From the human T2T-CHM13v2.0 reference genome, Homo sapiens: 64,000 bases of DNA. Shown one piece after another: positions 1 through 14,189 of the stretch; within the stretch, counting starts at the first letter, position 1; every line of letters starts with the position of its first letter. The position numbers and the translations under genes were made by a program. The notes under the pieces were generated by a model. It ran no database searches. It was given only the letters and a program-made list of their open reading frames with translations, and was not told the origin of the DNA. The stretch lies in assembly GCF_009914755.1 (NCBI RefSeq), contig NC_060930.1; one strand, given 5' to 3'.

Positions 1-459
1 TTGAAAAGTAATCTGCATTCATTTATTAATAATCAAATCACAGCATTCGTTGAACTAAATAATTAGATTCTAAACTAAATATTAACAGAAATATAATTCT
101 GAAATTTGTTGTTGACTTTCCTAATGTTAAAATTTGTCAAAATTTAATCTTATCATTGATAGGTGTAGTAAAAGCACTTCCCTGGTTTAAAGCTCTGTGA
201 ATCAAGGTTGCTGGTCTTTTCCCCTAATCTGTGTATATTTCTAAAATACTTTCATTCTATTGAAGAAAGCTAATAAGACGCTGTATGGATAAACAATAGA
301 TATGTAAATTTTGTCAGTTTTCATCAGGCGTGCACATCCAGCAGGGATCTTTTGTTCTCTCATTTTTCTACCCATTCCTGCATGAAGGTATTTATAAACC
401 CACCAAAACTTAGATCAAACCACACTTGTACAAATAAATCTCTTGAAACTGCCTTTTGA

Positions 460-781
<322 letters not shown>

Positions 782-1140
782 TGAAGACATTTTTAAACTT
801 CAAAAATATATCCTGTTTCACCTTGCTGTATTATAGGTACAGGTAAATAAAAACTACTTGGCATGCTTGCTTTGCTTTCAGAAATACAAGGTATATGTAC
901 ATTGTGGGTATTCGCTGAGGGCAATAAATTCTGTTTTGCTGGTTTTAAACTGTGTTTTCACCATACCTAGACATTTCTTAAACTGAAATTGTTTTAGGTA
1001 TTGGTCTCAAGATGATAGCTCAAATGTCATATTTAAAAACGATTTCTTGGATGGCAATACTCTCTCTGATTCTGGAAGGAACATTAAACACAGTTGCAGC
1101 AAGGAATAGCAAATAGGTTACTGCAAATATATTTACTCAC

Positions 1141-1202
1141 CTATCTGGCTATGGATGGTAGTTGCTCTCTCTGTCCTTTCTCCCCCTAATTTTCTCTCCC
1201 AC
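1141..1202 (-). other. ENPP5: ENPP5 5'-UTR exon (62 nt, non-coding)
   Basis: Minus strand: acceptor CTTCCTTGTTTTAAAAAG|GTGGGAGAG... and donor ...CCAGATAG|GTGAGT. Exon sequence matches my recollection of the ENPP5 mRNA leader, and the position ~50 kb beyond the RCAN2 3' end fits the known gene order. Confidence 0.8.
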
Positions 1203-1599
1203 CTTTTTAAAACAAGGAAGGCTAGTATCAACCAAATGTAATTTAAGGCTAAAAGCAGAGGAAATAAACTACATGGAACACCTCATTTTCATCTATCTTA
1301 GCAAATTAATTCGGCACATGTGTAAGCAGGAGAAAACTGCTTTCTTGGGACCAACAAAAGTAAGCAAAGATTAAGTGTTGTCTAAAGCTTAGGAATGTTT
1401 GGCAAGAAGACTCAACATCACATCCATGACACAGAGCAATAAACAGAGGTGGGGGGTGGGGAATGAAAACAATCAGAATTTTTTTTTTTTTCGTGCACAA
1501 AATGCTGCACAAAACAGTGGAATCCCTGGATCTGGCTCCACATTTCATTGAGTACTTTCCAGTTCTTTCTCCCCTCCAACCCTTCCTCCACAAACAGAC

Positions 1600-2550
1600 T
1601 TGGAGAGCAGGAAGGACGGGGCACCGATTAAACGGAAGAGGGAAAGTGCAGAAGGAGTAGGTTTGTGTAGCTCGGGTAGACGTCAAGGGCGGGGGTGTCC
1701 ATCTTCTCCACCAGGATTCCATCCTAGCCACCCAGAATGGTCGCGGCGTAGGTTATGTTCCCAATTCCCAGTCATCCCGCCCACCGAGGCCTGGGCTTCT
1801 TAGATGTGCAGTGGCAAGGAGGGGACGTTGCTTTAGGGACCCAGAGGAGCAGTGTGGGTTCCCGGGAGGGAAGCCACCCACGCCCCTGGACTCACCCTCG
1901 CAGCGATCCGTTCAGTCCGTATTAGTTTGGAGCAACGGGAGGGAGGGTCTGGAGGAGACTCCCTCGGGCGCGCCGCGGGTAACGGCGGGAGGGTGACTGG
2001 AGGAACGCCCCCGGAACGCGCAGGAGCTCACCTGCGCTCAACTCTGGAGCGGAGCACCTGACCGCGCCGCTTCCCCGCCCCGCCTCCTGGCTTCTATTGG
2101 CTGCTGCAGAGATAGTCACTTCTGCCTGGGTTGCCCCCGAAAGCCAGGCTCCCAGGAGTAGCTGCACGGCCTGTCAATCAGCGGGGGCAGGGGCGGGCGC
2201 TGCCTGGGTTTGGAGGGTGGAGGGGGAGGGGACTCCCGGGGGCAGGGACCCATCTGGTAGGGCGAAGGCGTGGGATGGCCAATTGCTTGGTCACACACAA
2301 AACCTTCCGGCAACGTGCCTTTTCCAGGGGACCAGCTGTGCTGGAGTCAGTGATGCTGAGAGATTATTGCGTGTTACCCCAATGGTGGGTGTACTCTAAC
2401 AGTCACTGTTTTTTGTTTAAAAGCGACTTGTATTCTCTGATTTCTTATCCCAGGCTTTTTTCCTTCCCCCGCCCCCCGCCCCCTGCCTTGTCACGAATTG
2501 GCGATGGGGCACACCATGGGCTTTGCTCTGAGGAACACCTGCACACCCGA
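1600..2550. promoter_or_regulatory. ENPP5: CpG-island promoter of ENPP5 with GC boxes and CCAAT boxes
   Basis: The main GC/CpG-rich non-repeat stretch of the window; CCCCGCCCCGCC at 2073-2084, ATTGG at 2096-2100, GGGGCGGG at 2190-2197, CCAAT at 2279 and 2379. Confidence 0.85.
1896..2070 (-). other. ENPP5: ENPP5 first exon (non-coding); TSS approximate
   Basis: Donor GCTGCGAGG|GTGAGT at 1896/1895; joining to the 1202 exon gives GCTGCGAGGGTGGGAGAG as recalled for ENPP5 cDNA. Lies in the CpG island just downstream of GC and CCAAT boxes. Confidence 0.75.
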
Positions 2551-4890
2551 GGATGCCAATGGGACGATGAAGTTTCATTCTTTTTATTAGTGGGTGTTAT
2601 CTGCTTTACCTCAGAAAGAATTTATTAACCTAGTCAACTCTGCAGCCCCAACGTTTGCAGTCCAGGTTTTTGCAATTGAGGTCCCTGAGGTATATTTGTG
2701 GTGTACCTAGCATGGCACCTGAAATTGTGCGAATTAAACCAAGACAGGTTCAGAATTAGGTTAATTTGCACAGGAGAGAGGCTGAACAGCCACCCTCTCT
2801 GGTGGTGGCATCCGAGCTCCAGACTCTGTTTCTACCTTTGTTTGCAAAGTAAACATTAAAACTACAAACATCAGGCCTGATTACTCTTTCAGAAAGCCTT
2901 CAGTGCTTCTTGTGTGTTAGTGCCCCTATTTTGTCTTTTTCCGTACTGTAGTGGATTATTTTCTCAGTTTTTTTGGGATAATCAATGGCATTTTTAGGCC
3001 TGAGGGAGTGTAGGCAGGTACTTAGTTTGCCAGTATGATCCCAACTGTCTTTACCATAAATTATAGCAGTGATATCAAACTACCCTGAAAGAATTTGTCC
3101 ATCTACACAATCCCAGCTAGAATTCTGACCTAATTAGAATTCTAGTTCTATCTGCAGTAGGCAATAATATCAGGTTGATTGTTACAATGTAAGTTTAACA
3201 TCTAATTAGCTGGTAAAACTGGGAGCATATCTGCAATGGTGGTTTTGGCTCCTGCCCGGAGCTCGGATCCCTTGTCTGGTGTGCTGGAGCTTTAAAGTGA
3301 ATAGAGATATCTGTTGATATTTAATTAAGCCATGCAAACATTTTGGTCATAGCTTTTTCTCTGTCTGCTTCTAATAGAGGGACAATCTCAACCCCAAACA
3401 TTGTTACCTCCTAACTGGGTCATCCCATCCCGAAGGGCATCTGGGCACTCTTCCATGGCCTTTTATTCGTGGTAACTTGAGTTTATGGTTTTCAACACGT
3501 GGGATGGGGATTAAGAGGGAGGCTGGTTTCTATGTTTAGTGAGACCCAAACACAATGAAGTTGAACAAGTTGTTCCAATTCCCCAAAGCCCTGTCCTTTG
3601 AAATTGCCCAAACTTGGAACAGAGTGGTCCAATCTTGTAAGTCCTTGTCCCCCAGAATAGGTCAACTCTGTGCTCTCCCAAAACACTCAAAGGACAATGT
3701 ACGCTTATCAGAGAGCAGGAGTGGTGAAAATGGGCCTGACTTTTGTTCGGATCACTGAACATTGTTGGACTCTGTTTGGATGACAACCTGCTTTGCTCTG
3801 CAAATTTTATGGAAGTTATGATTATATTCACCAGCTATTCCTGTGAAATAGGCATGGTACAGCTGGTAACCACAGTGCACAACACAGAAAAGTGCTCATA
3901 AGACTGCCAGATTCCTCCCAGAAGTCCATATAATGATATCTAATGTTCACCTGATAGGCTTGCTATTACCTTATGTTGTTCATGGGGAGAAAGTCTGGTT
4001 TACATAGTATAGAGGAATGAATGTAAAACATGAGATTCCTGCTCCCACATCTGCACCTGCCCTCCTGTCTTATTGTTGCCTCAGTATCTGTCTATTTGCA
4101 ATAGGTTTTCAGAAAGTTTTAGCAGCAGAAACCACAACCTGCTATTGACTGTAACTATTCTTTTATTCTCTGTTATTAAATTAGTGGAATTCTAATTGAA
4201 TAATAGTGTAACAGAATAACCAACTTCTTTCTTTCAAAGGTTTTGGGGTCAGGTGGGGAGGGAGATCCCTCTGCCTCCCCAAGGAAGTCTAATACAGGTT
4301 GAGAGAGGGACAATTTTCTTCGTCAGGGGCTGGAAGAGCTTTGTGCTAAAACTGAAAAGGGATCTGTTCTTTAAGAAACAACCAGAACTGGCTCTACCAC
4401 AGAAGTCTTGTTTTTCAGAACTAGACTTCATGATAGGAAAAATAAACACATAATTTTACAATTAAAAAATTTTAAAGGTGCATTCCAGTACATTATACCA
4501 CAAATGACTAAACTAAAAGAAAGTTCATCTTTTAATCCTTTGTAGAACATTCTGCAAAATGTGGGTCTCACATATTCAATGGCCATAGATAGGAACCACT
4601 GGGATTCTGCTTCTGCACTGCTCTTAATTCATGATAAACAGTGGTCTTCACTAATCTTGACTCATTAGCAGAAGTTCAGTCCAATGAGTGAAATGTTGAA
4701 TTATAGAATAGTCAAAAACTTAGCCCAAGAATTTTTATGCATATTAATAAATTAGGCTTCTAGTGATATGCTTGAACTAATTAGAATGAATTTTGTAGAA
4801 GCAATTATTATGCTTTTATCCTCAGAAAGCTTTATATAAGTCAAATATAAACCTATTTGTATTGTTGTATTCTGTAAATTGTATTCATAG

Positions 4891-5325
4891 TGTTTTAGTT
4901 CTAGGACTGCCTTAACAAATTATCACAAACTGGGTGACTTACGACAAACAGAAATGTATTCTCACATAGTTCTGGAGGTCAGAAGTCTGAAATCAAGATG
5001 TATTCAGGGCCATGCTCTCTCCGAGACTCTGAGAAGAATCCTTGCTTGGCCCTAACAGCTGCTGGGGATTCTGGTATTCCTTGGCTTGCTGCAGCCTAGC
5101 TCCAATCTCTGCCTCTCCTGTCACAGGATGCTCTACTCTGTGTGTCCCTGTGTCACGTGGCCTTCTTATAAGAACACCAGTCATTGGGATTAAGGCCCTC
5201 TTCAGCCCAGTATGGCTTCATCTAAATTTAATTACATATGCAAAGATCCTACTTCCAAATAAGGTCACATTCTGAGGTTCCGGGTGAATGTGTATTTCGG
5301 AAGGACACTTATTCAACCCAGTATA
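4891..5325 (-). mobile_element. MLT1-family (MaLR) solo LTR, MLT1C-like
   Basis: Antisense MLT1 motifs: ACAAACTGGGTGACTTA, GTTCTGGAGG..AGAAGTCTGAAATCAAG, CTTCCAAATAAGGTCACATTCTGAGG. Confidence 0.75.
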
Positions 5326-5454
5326 TATAGCTAGCAGAAAGTTTAATTTTATGGCCCAGCCTAGATCAAAAGTTGATGGATTACTAATAAAATGGCTCAA
5401 ATCAAGGTAACTGACAACATCTGATACTGACAAGGATTCAGAGCTATAATATAT

Positions 5455-6075
5455 TGCTGGACTATCATACACTGCTGGTGGGAATGGACTTCCACTATGG
5501 AAGTCAGTTTTGAAGTTTCTTATAAAGTTAAATATACACGTGACATACAACCCAGGAATCTCACTCCTGAGTATTTATCTAAGAGAAATGAAGACAGACG
5601 TCCACTGAAAAACCGGTCAACAACTTTTTACAGCAGCTTTATTCATAATCATGTAAAGCTAGAAACCATCCAAATGTCCCTCAACTAGTGAATAAACAAA
5701 TTGTAGTGTGTCCGTAAATGCAGTACTGTTTGGCAGTAAGAAGGAATACAGAACTCATGCATGCAACAACATGGATGAATCTCAAAAGCGTTTTTCTAGG
5801 TGAACGAAGCCAGACACAAATGGCCATACACTGTGTGATTCTGTTTATATGATATTCTAGAAAGGGCAACAATGGAAATAGAAACCAAATCAGCATTTGC
5901 CAAGGACTAGGGGTGAGGGGAGGGGATTGGCTAGAAAGGGGCACAAAGAATTTTTTTATGTGATAGAATTTTGATTGCTTTTGTAGTCACATCACTAAGT
6001 TTGTCAATATTCAGAGAACTATGTGCCTAAAAATGTTTAATTTTACTGTGTGGAAATTATACCTCAGTAAACAGC
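5455..6075 (+). mobile_element. Ancient L1M 3' fragment
   Basis: L1M 3' motifs GCTGGTGGGAATG, CAACAACATGGATGAATCTCAAA, TGTGTGATTCTGTTTATATGA, AAATTATACCTCAGTAAA. Confidence 0.75.
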
Positions 6076-6333
6076 AGCAACAATAAATAAACCCTACCCT
6101 GCGATAATACCTCACACCTCACCAAAGTTCACAAATTGGTGCTGGTGGTGTTTGACTCTCAGTGGCCTTTCCTGTGTGTACGGGTGTATACCAGTTCTTC
6201 CTGCAGGGTGTGAGTGCTTGCAAGTGCAGGAGCTCCACGGGGCCTGCTCTGCTGGGTGTCATTCCTTTTCCCTCATGAATGAAGTCAGGAAACTATGAAG
6301 TAAAACCAAAACAAGGCTAAACAATTATTTTCT

Positions 6334-6631
<298 letters not shown>

Positions 6632-7936
6632 TAACTGAATGTCATTTGTTGAATAACTAACTCAGTGCAGGATGCAGTCATATAGCAGGAGAGATAGTCA
6701 TCTTTTGGTGTTGGTTTGAGGCCTATTTTGTAAGACATATTCTCAGGAGCCAAATACGAAACTGCACATGTGTTTGTGGTATATGGGGTGAAAACATTTT
6801 GTTAAAACCACATTCTCAGTTCTTTGTAAAGCACATAACACCCCTTAGATGCCTGAACATACTTAGTTTAACATCACTATTTAAAAACTTATTGGCTCCT
6901 TATGGGTATTGTAATTCTGTAAATTTACTAGCAGTGGGGGAGGACCTAAAAATATTGTCCTCTATCCAGATCAAAAATACATTTTTCCACTCTAGGTATT
7001 TGCACTTAAAATGTAAATGTAAATATTCTTTGCAACAATTTTGTAGCTTGAGGTTGCACCAAGGAATTCTTTGGTAAGTGTGAATCTTTATGAACAGGCC
7101 AAGCAGGCAGCAAGTGCTTTATGCCTTTAAGGTGTTCTTGGCAGGGAAGGGGCGGGGGATGTCATGGGAGAGTTCTCCCTGCCCAATTCCTGGATGGTTG
7201 CAATTTCATAATTGGAAATTAATCTCTTAGCCTTAAGGCTTTTCTCTCAGGAGAGATGTCATATGCACCACCTCTATTAGCTATTTATATACACGTGTGT
7301 GACTAAGGTTGTCTGATTCGCTCCAATTTGCATAATTGGTTGGGGAGAAAAGCCCTTAGAAGAATGCAGGTGGGTTCTGTCTTTCAAAGGTTAGTAAATA
7401 CAGGGGGCAGCTCTAGAGGAAAGTGAAAACAGAAAAAGGAAGGGGAGCAGACTCTAAGCTGGCATCCCTCATAATTTGCTCAAAGCTAGTCCTGTTCTTT
7501 GCCCATCATTAAGCAGCAGATCACTGTAGGGAAGTCCGAAGTCATAGGCAACAGAGGAACCTGGCTTATGAAGGTGCTCTGATTTGACCTTTGTAAAATT
7601 TTGAATAGCCTTTCATCTAGAAAATGCATGTAATGTATAAAATCCTTGAGAGCTTTGCTATTCTTCTAGTCACTTTCATCCTTACTCCTCCACACCTGTT
7701 GTCTGATTCCACAAAGGACTCCATCCTCCCACACCTTGCTTGGGCAATCTCCTGACCTATATACTTCTCTGCTTTCTAATGAGAACCCTATTTTGTAGGA
7801 AAATCCATTCAGTGTGAATGGATTTATGCTGATCTACTCATCTATTCTTGCTAGGACATACTACATGTTGGGGTTCTTTGGCCAGAGTTAGCTGTTCTAG
7901 TCATGGTGATGGGGCTGTTTTAAAATAACAGGCTGA

Positions 7937-8149
<213 letters not shown>

Positions 8150-10699
8150 TGAAATGTGATTCATTTAATATAAATTTATCGATTTGAATTATACAATTCA
8201 GGGTTAACTGGCATTTTAAGGCCTCATTGGCCTGTTTCAACCAAGTGATGTAACTGAGAATGATCATCTGTGGAATCACTGAAATGTTCATTTATTCACA
8301 GGGTAATCATTGAGTCATGATTCTATTTTACACTCATATTGTGCTGCTGGTTTTTGAAATCCATTTTGAAGATGGTCAACAGCATTACTGAGTTCATTTC
8401 TCATGGCCGCACACTATGCTCAGTGAGAATTGGTGGCTTAACCAAAGCTGCATATCTAAACATTTGAAATCAGGGAAAAATAGAGTAAGTTCTACAACAG
8501 AGGAACAAACAAAAGTGATATAGAAGTGCATGGGACAGAGAAATTAGCTCTGACTGAAGAAGACATGGGTATTCCACCACAGAGGTAGGAATGGAGAGTC
8601 TGGTATTGAAGCAGAGCCTTGGAAGATGGTGGGATTTCAACGAAGCACGTGAAACAGAGAAGACTGTAAGAACATGCACCTGGTCAGAGGGCCCAGGTGT
8701 GCTTGTGAAGGGCCTAGAAAAACTGGTTTAGGAATTTGGGGTCAGTCCTGTGGGCAGTGGGGGGCAGTTGAAGGTTCTTGAGGAGGGGCATGTCATGACC
8801 AGAGCCACGAACATAATTCCTGAATCACAAGTGGTGCGAGGTGGCACAGTAGTTTAGCACCTTGACATTTATTTAATATCAATCTGTAATTGATATTAAA
8901 ATTAACGTTGCTTCTTTGACTATCTCCTTTGGCAGGAACTACCAGTTGTCATACCATACCAAGGCTAACCCATTCTTATGACCTTTCTACTGAAAAATGT
9001 AAAGCACTTTGGCTTTTTGTTTACTGCATATTGAGAGGCAGTGAGCATTTCTCTTCTTGTTTCTTCTTGGCAACATCTATTAGCCTGTTCCTAATGCACT
9101 GTGTGGCATAGCTTATTAGGTTGTGTTTTTGGTGTTACCCCAATTTTGGGATATGAATCTGTCATTAAAACACAGCCCTGTGAGTCAGAAAAAATAGACA
9201 TGTTAGTGTGAATGAATGTATACTTTCTGGTCATTTTGAGAGGTGACATCATTGTCATATACTATACTTTTTTTGTAATATTTTGTTAATCACAAAGTGA
9301 ATAGTGAAGGGGATGGTGTGCAAGACAAGGGAAAATGTTGGAGGGGCATTTCAAAACTTGCCAGAGTGTGTAGTATAATTTCATTGAAAAAAATGATAAC
9401 AAATCAACTCCACTAAACAACTGTATGTAGGAGTAGGAAGAGTAGAAAAGAGATGGGTGGCAGAGAAACAATTTTAAAGCCAGAAAAATGGTCTGTATGG
9501 GTGGTGAAGGTATTATAGTATGAAAGGAGTACATAACAATATTACTAGAATTATAATAACAATGCTTATTAATTAGTGGCAACCAAATAGCAGACACTGT
9601 GCAAAGCAACACATACTCCTTATGTCACTTAGTTCTTATCATAACCCTGTGAAATACAAATGAGTCTTTTCCTATGCCAGCTCAGGAAAGAAAATCCCAG
9701 AGAGATTAACTCACTGAAGATCACTCAACTAGTAAATAGCAGAACTGGACTGCTCATTAATCTCAGTAAGACCCAGAGGGGAACACGAGAGAGACATTCT
9801 GGGGACAAAGTTGATCTTCGGACTGACACAAACTTAGGTCCATAGAAACCATGCCCTGGGGGTTACTGACAAGTAGTCTGTGGACTTCATGTCAGAGTTG
9901 GGGATTCCAGATTCTCCAGGAGGTCCTCAATGGTAGAATCTGAACAGTGGAGAGCACAGTAGAGGAGTGTCTAAGCCCAGTTTTGGATCCATGAAGGGAA
10001 GATTTAGTATTTTGACAGCCAGTGGAATAACTCATTTCTATTATCAGGCCATGTGGGGATAGGGAGCTCTCGCAGCCTCTTCCTTCAACAGTCAGTAAAC
10101 AGAAATGGTGTGAGAGAGACAAGCAAACAAGACTGGAGTTGCCATCCAGAGATGGGCACCCCTGTGATGGACATGGACCTTGGTATTAAAATGACCTTGG
10201 TTGAGGATGGCTGCTCAGTATTGAAATAAAAGGTAGACAGACTCATGAGTAGGGATTTGAAAACCTTGAAGGGTGGTTTATAGGAGGAAGCATGGGCATC
10301 AATAGTCAAGGCAGCATGATCATGACAGAATTGAGAGAGAGAGCCCTGGACTGCCTAAGTGAGGATCAGTCAATTCCAAACTATTTAATACTAAGGTGAG
10401 TAGCTGCTGTGATCCTAGCCCTGTGATGGGAACTGAGAAAGGTGGATACAGGGAGGAGTAAGATATACTTCCTGACTCCAAAGGGATGGAAACACTGCTT
10501 AAAGAGATGACACAAATGCACATGAAATCATTACAAATGGAAGAAAATTGTATTAAATCAAACACTAAATTGATGCTTTTTGAAGGTCTCATTTTTGTTT
10601 GGGGAAGAGTTATCCCTCCAATGTCTGAATGCTCAATAACATTCTGCCTTCCCAGTTCACCCTATTTTCATTTCCCTCTAAGCTGCTATGGGCTTTTTT

Positions 10700-11970
10700 C
10701 TTTTAGGAGATTCCACTACTAATGAATGCTTTGAAGAAATAGTATTAGTTTAGAGAGGAACAGTGGTGGTCACAGGACTGTCTTGGGAGGGGTTTTAGGC
10801 TACCTCCCATAATCTTCTTTATCACTTGTATAAAATCTCTATATAGAGCTTTGGGCAGAGCTTCGAGCAGCACACTTGATTGTCCACTTTGTATGGAAGG
10901 AAAAGTGACCTTAGGTAGCAATAGGTAGTGGCGAATGATTTGGCTAGTTTGTTCAGGGCCTGGAAGGACCAGAATGGGAAGAGTGAGGACAAGGAGGCAG
11001 GGGAAAGAGATATGTGGGCCCTATAGTTGGTGGGCACCAAGCATGCAGATCTGTCTGTCTTGTGGTGATGCCCAGCAAGCCTCTTTTGCAGAAGGGGATC
11101 TCAACCATCAGGTGGACAGGATGAGTAAACCTGTGGATGTCAGCCAACATTTCTTCCTGGTTATTGCAGTACCAGTGCAATTTGGCATTCAACGGTGGCA
11201 GGAATAGAAGTATGCAAACACCTAACAGAATGGGATTCAGTTCACAAAGGGCTTATCTAGCCAGTGCTGAATGTCAGCCTCAGAGACTGATGCTAACCCC
11301 TCAATTGAGGAAAACAGCAGCAATTTGTCCTTACCAGAGGTTACATCTACACCAAGTATGATTCAACACTTCAGCATGCCTGATCTATCAATATGGGATC
11401 TCACAACATTTCCTCAAATAGGGGACCAATTTTGCTGCAAAGGACATACAACAATGATTACAGGATTCACTGGTTCCACCATATATCCCATCACCCAGAA
11501 GCAGCTGGCCTAGCTGAATGATGCAATGGGCTTAAAGGCTCAGCTAAGTGGCCCTCTCCGAGAACACATTCTGAAGGTTAGAGCATGATCCTCAATTTTG
11601 GGGTATATGCATTGAAATAAGGACTGATACATGATGCTCTATCCTTAATGGTTAGAAAACAGGTCTGGTAACCAAGGAAATAGAAGTGATCCCTACATGA
11701 TCATCCCCAGTGACCTATTTGTGAAATTTGTTCTTCCTGTCTTCTAACCTTAGGCTCTGTTAGGTTAGAGAACATCGTTCCCAGTAAGGGCTATGTCTCC
11801 ACCAGCAAAGTGAGGATTCTACTGAATTTGAAGCTGGGTCTACCACCTGGCCATCTTGGACTCCTCATGCCAGTGGATCAGAAGGGAGTTATAGTAATGT
11901 TGGGGTAAGTAACCTGCTTTTCTTGAGGGGAGAGGGTTGATACTACATAATGGGAACAGAGAGGAATATG
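10700..11970 (+). mobile_element. Degenerate ERVL-class internal sequence (integrase and dUTPase-like relics; HERV16/ERV3-16A3-like)
   Basis: ~11472-11531 translates WFHHISHHPEAAGLAE*CNG (integrase HP-x-AAG-xx-E motif); ~11822-11872 translates LNLKLGLPPGHLGLLMP (ERVL dUTPase-like). Boundaries approximate. Confidence 0.7.
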
Positions 11971-12432
11971 CTTACTTGTATATCTTCTATCTCTTTATTC
12001 TTCTGATTGCCGAGAGATTGCCTCTTTGTCTGATTTTCTAATTCACAAATTTATTCTTTAGCTGTTTCTATCCTTTCTTTATCCCACCTTTGGTGTAGTT
12101 TTTCAGCTATTATACCTCATATATTTTCATTTTTAATGATTTTTTATTCTTCTTCATATTACTAATAGCTTGTTACATCTCTTTAAGTATATTTATCATG
12201 TTTACATAAAATTCTTGTTCTATCTCTTTTAACACTTTTGTTTCAAATGGTATATCTTAAAGATTTTTGGATTTTTTGAGGTAGTTTTAAATTGCATTAT
12301 TATTTTGGATTTTTAATTTAGATTTCTCTTTAAATGTTTTAATAAGTAGTGGGGAAGGGCTGAAGGCCAGGTCCTAGCCTAAGCTAAGTTATCCTGATCC
12401 AGTTAAGGATAAGTGAGGGTCTAATGCCTGAA

Positions 12433-12491
12433 GGCAGATGCTTATTCCTATAGACTATCTTGGGCAGATGCTTATTGCTATAGACTATCTT
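12433..12491. repeat. 30-bp tandem duplication (2 copies, 1 mismatch)
   Basis: GGCAGATGCTTATT(C/G)CTATAGACTATCTT at 12433 and 12463. Confidence 0.95.
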
Positions 12492-12529
12492 TCAAGATTC
12501 TCAAACTCCTATCCACAGATCTTTCCGCC

Positions 12530-13060
12530 ATTTAAAATTAGTTCTTGTGTGTGGTGTGAAATAGAGTGTAAGTGCAAATAGGAGTCTAAGTTAAAGAAAA
12601 AATTTTTTAATAGCCAATTGTTCCAGTACAATTTTTAAAAGGTATTTTATTTGCTTTTAAATTGCTTTGGTTCCTTTATCATAAACAATTTGCTTTATAA
12701 GCATGGATCTATTTCTGGCCTCTCAATTCTAGCTCATTGACCTGTTTGTCTGTCTTCTTATCAATACTACATTGTCTTGATTACCAAAGCTTTGTAATAA
12801 GTCTTGAGGTGAGGTAGTGTGAGTTCTCCAACATTGCTCTTTCTCAAGATTGTTTTGACTATTTTAGGTCCTTTGCCTTTTCATATAAATGTTAAAATCA
12901 GCTTTTCTATGATCCTTTTTCTATCTATTATTTTTCTATAAAAATGCTGGTCTGGCATGTAATTGGGATGACAGCAGATCTACATACCAATTTAGGGAGA
13001 ACATTCAAGCTTACAATATTAAGTATTCTGGTGCATGAACATGGGAAATGACTCCAGTTT
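12530..13060 (-). mobile_element. Ancient L1M ORF2 fragment
   Basis: Antisense L1 motifs ATAGCCAATTGTTCCAG, TTCTCAAGATTGTTTTGACTATT, CATGAACATGG. Confidence 0.7.
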
Positions 13061-13599
13061 TCAAAATGAGCAAATTGAGGTTTAGAAAGCCTAAATGATT
13101 TGATAGAGTTATAGACCTGAAAGCAGCAGAAGCTTTTTAAATCTATTTACAATTAATTGACTCACCAGAATGGCCTACACTCTTCTTTTCCTCTGCAAAT
13201 CATATTAACTACTACCCCATGGCATTGTAAACTTTTTTGGCTAATCTATTTCTGTCTAACACGTCTGCTTCTGCCAGATAAATTTTAGACTTATCTAGAG
13301 TCAGTTGTGTTTTTTCCAGTATCTAGTTTTTGAAATAGTGTTTGTTGTTAGAATTAAATAATTTAAATAAAATACATTCTAACCTAGCGATTCCATTTTT
13401 GAAAAATTTATCCTGTCAGAGATGCACAAAAAGATTTTGGTATGACAATATTTATCATAGTCTTAATACTAATACTATTTGGTATTTTTATATGATGGCT
13501 ACTATTCAGCCATTATAAACCACATATTCAAAGATTGTTTAATATGTGGGAATTCCTATGATAAAATATTTGAAGAGAAAAGCAGGATATAAATCTATA

Positions 13600-13941
13600 C
13601 TGATGCTTTTTGACTTAAAGTGGGGTTACATACTGATAAACCCGTTATAAGTTGAAAATATCATAAGAGGAAAATGGATTTAATACATCTAGCCTACTCT
13701 ACTTTAAATGTGCTCAGAACATTTATATTAGCCTATGATATAAGTGATTAGTTGGGCAAAATCATCTCTCAAATACTGTTTTGTAATAAGATAATGAATA
13801 TCTCATGCAATTTGTTGAATACTGTACTGAAAGTGAAAAACAGAGTGTTTGTATGGGTACTTGAAGTATGGTTTATACTGAATGTGTTTCACATCTGTAA
13901 CATCATAAAATCGAAGAAAAGTAACTCAAGGACCATCTGTA
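13600..13941. mobile_element. Tigger-derived MITE (MER47-like)
   Basis: TGGGGTTACA..TGATAAACCC..TAAGTTGAAAATATC start and ..GGACCATCTGTA end resemble the MER47 consensus. Confidence 0.6.
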
Positions 13942-14189
13942 CATGTATAGAAGAATCCTGGTATTTATAGTATTCCTGAATTTTCTACTCTTGCCTGTGT
14001 AGCTTCCTGTGATCTTTCTTGTTATTTCGGGGGCATATTTCCATAATCACCTCAATTCTCTGTGTAAGAGACACATATGGCAAGGATGGCATAAACACAA
14101 ACACTGACTTTATACTCCTCCACCCCCAGTGACTTGGTCACAAGGCAATTCTGTTGTAATTGAACCGGGGTGGGCAGTGTGATGGGGGA

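Noticed and set aside
2131-2628. 165-aa ORF and other ORFs over the CpG island
   Set aside because: Non-ATG start and GC-rich, stop-poor promoter sequence; no recognisable protein family.
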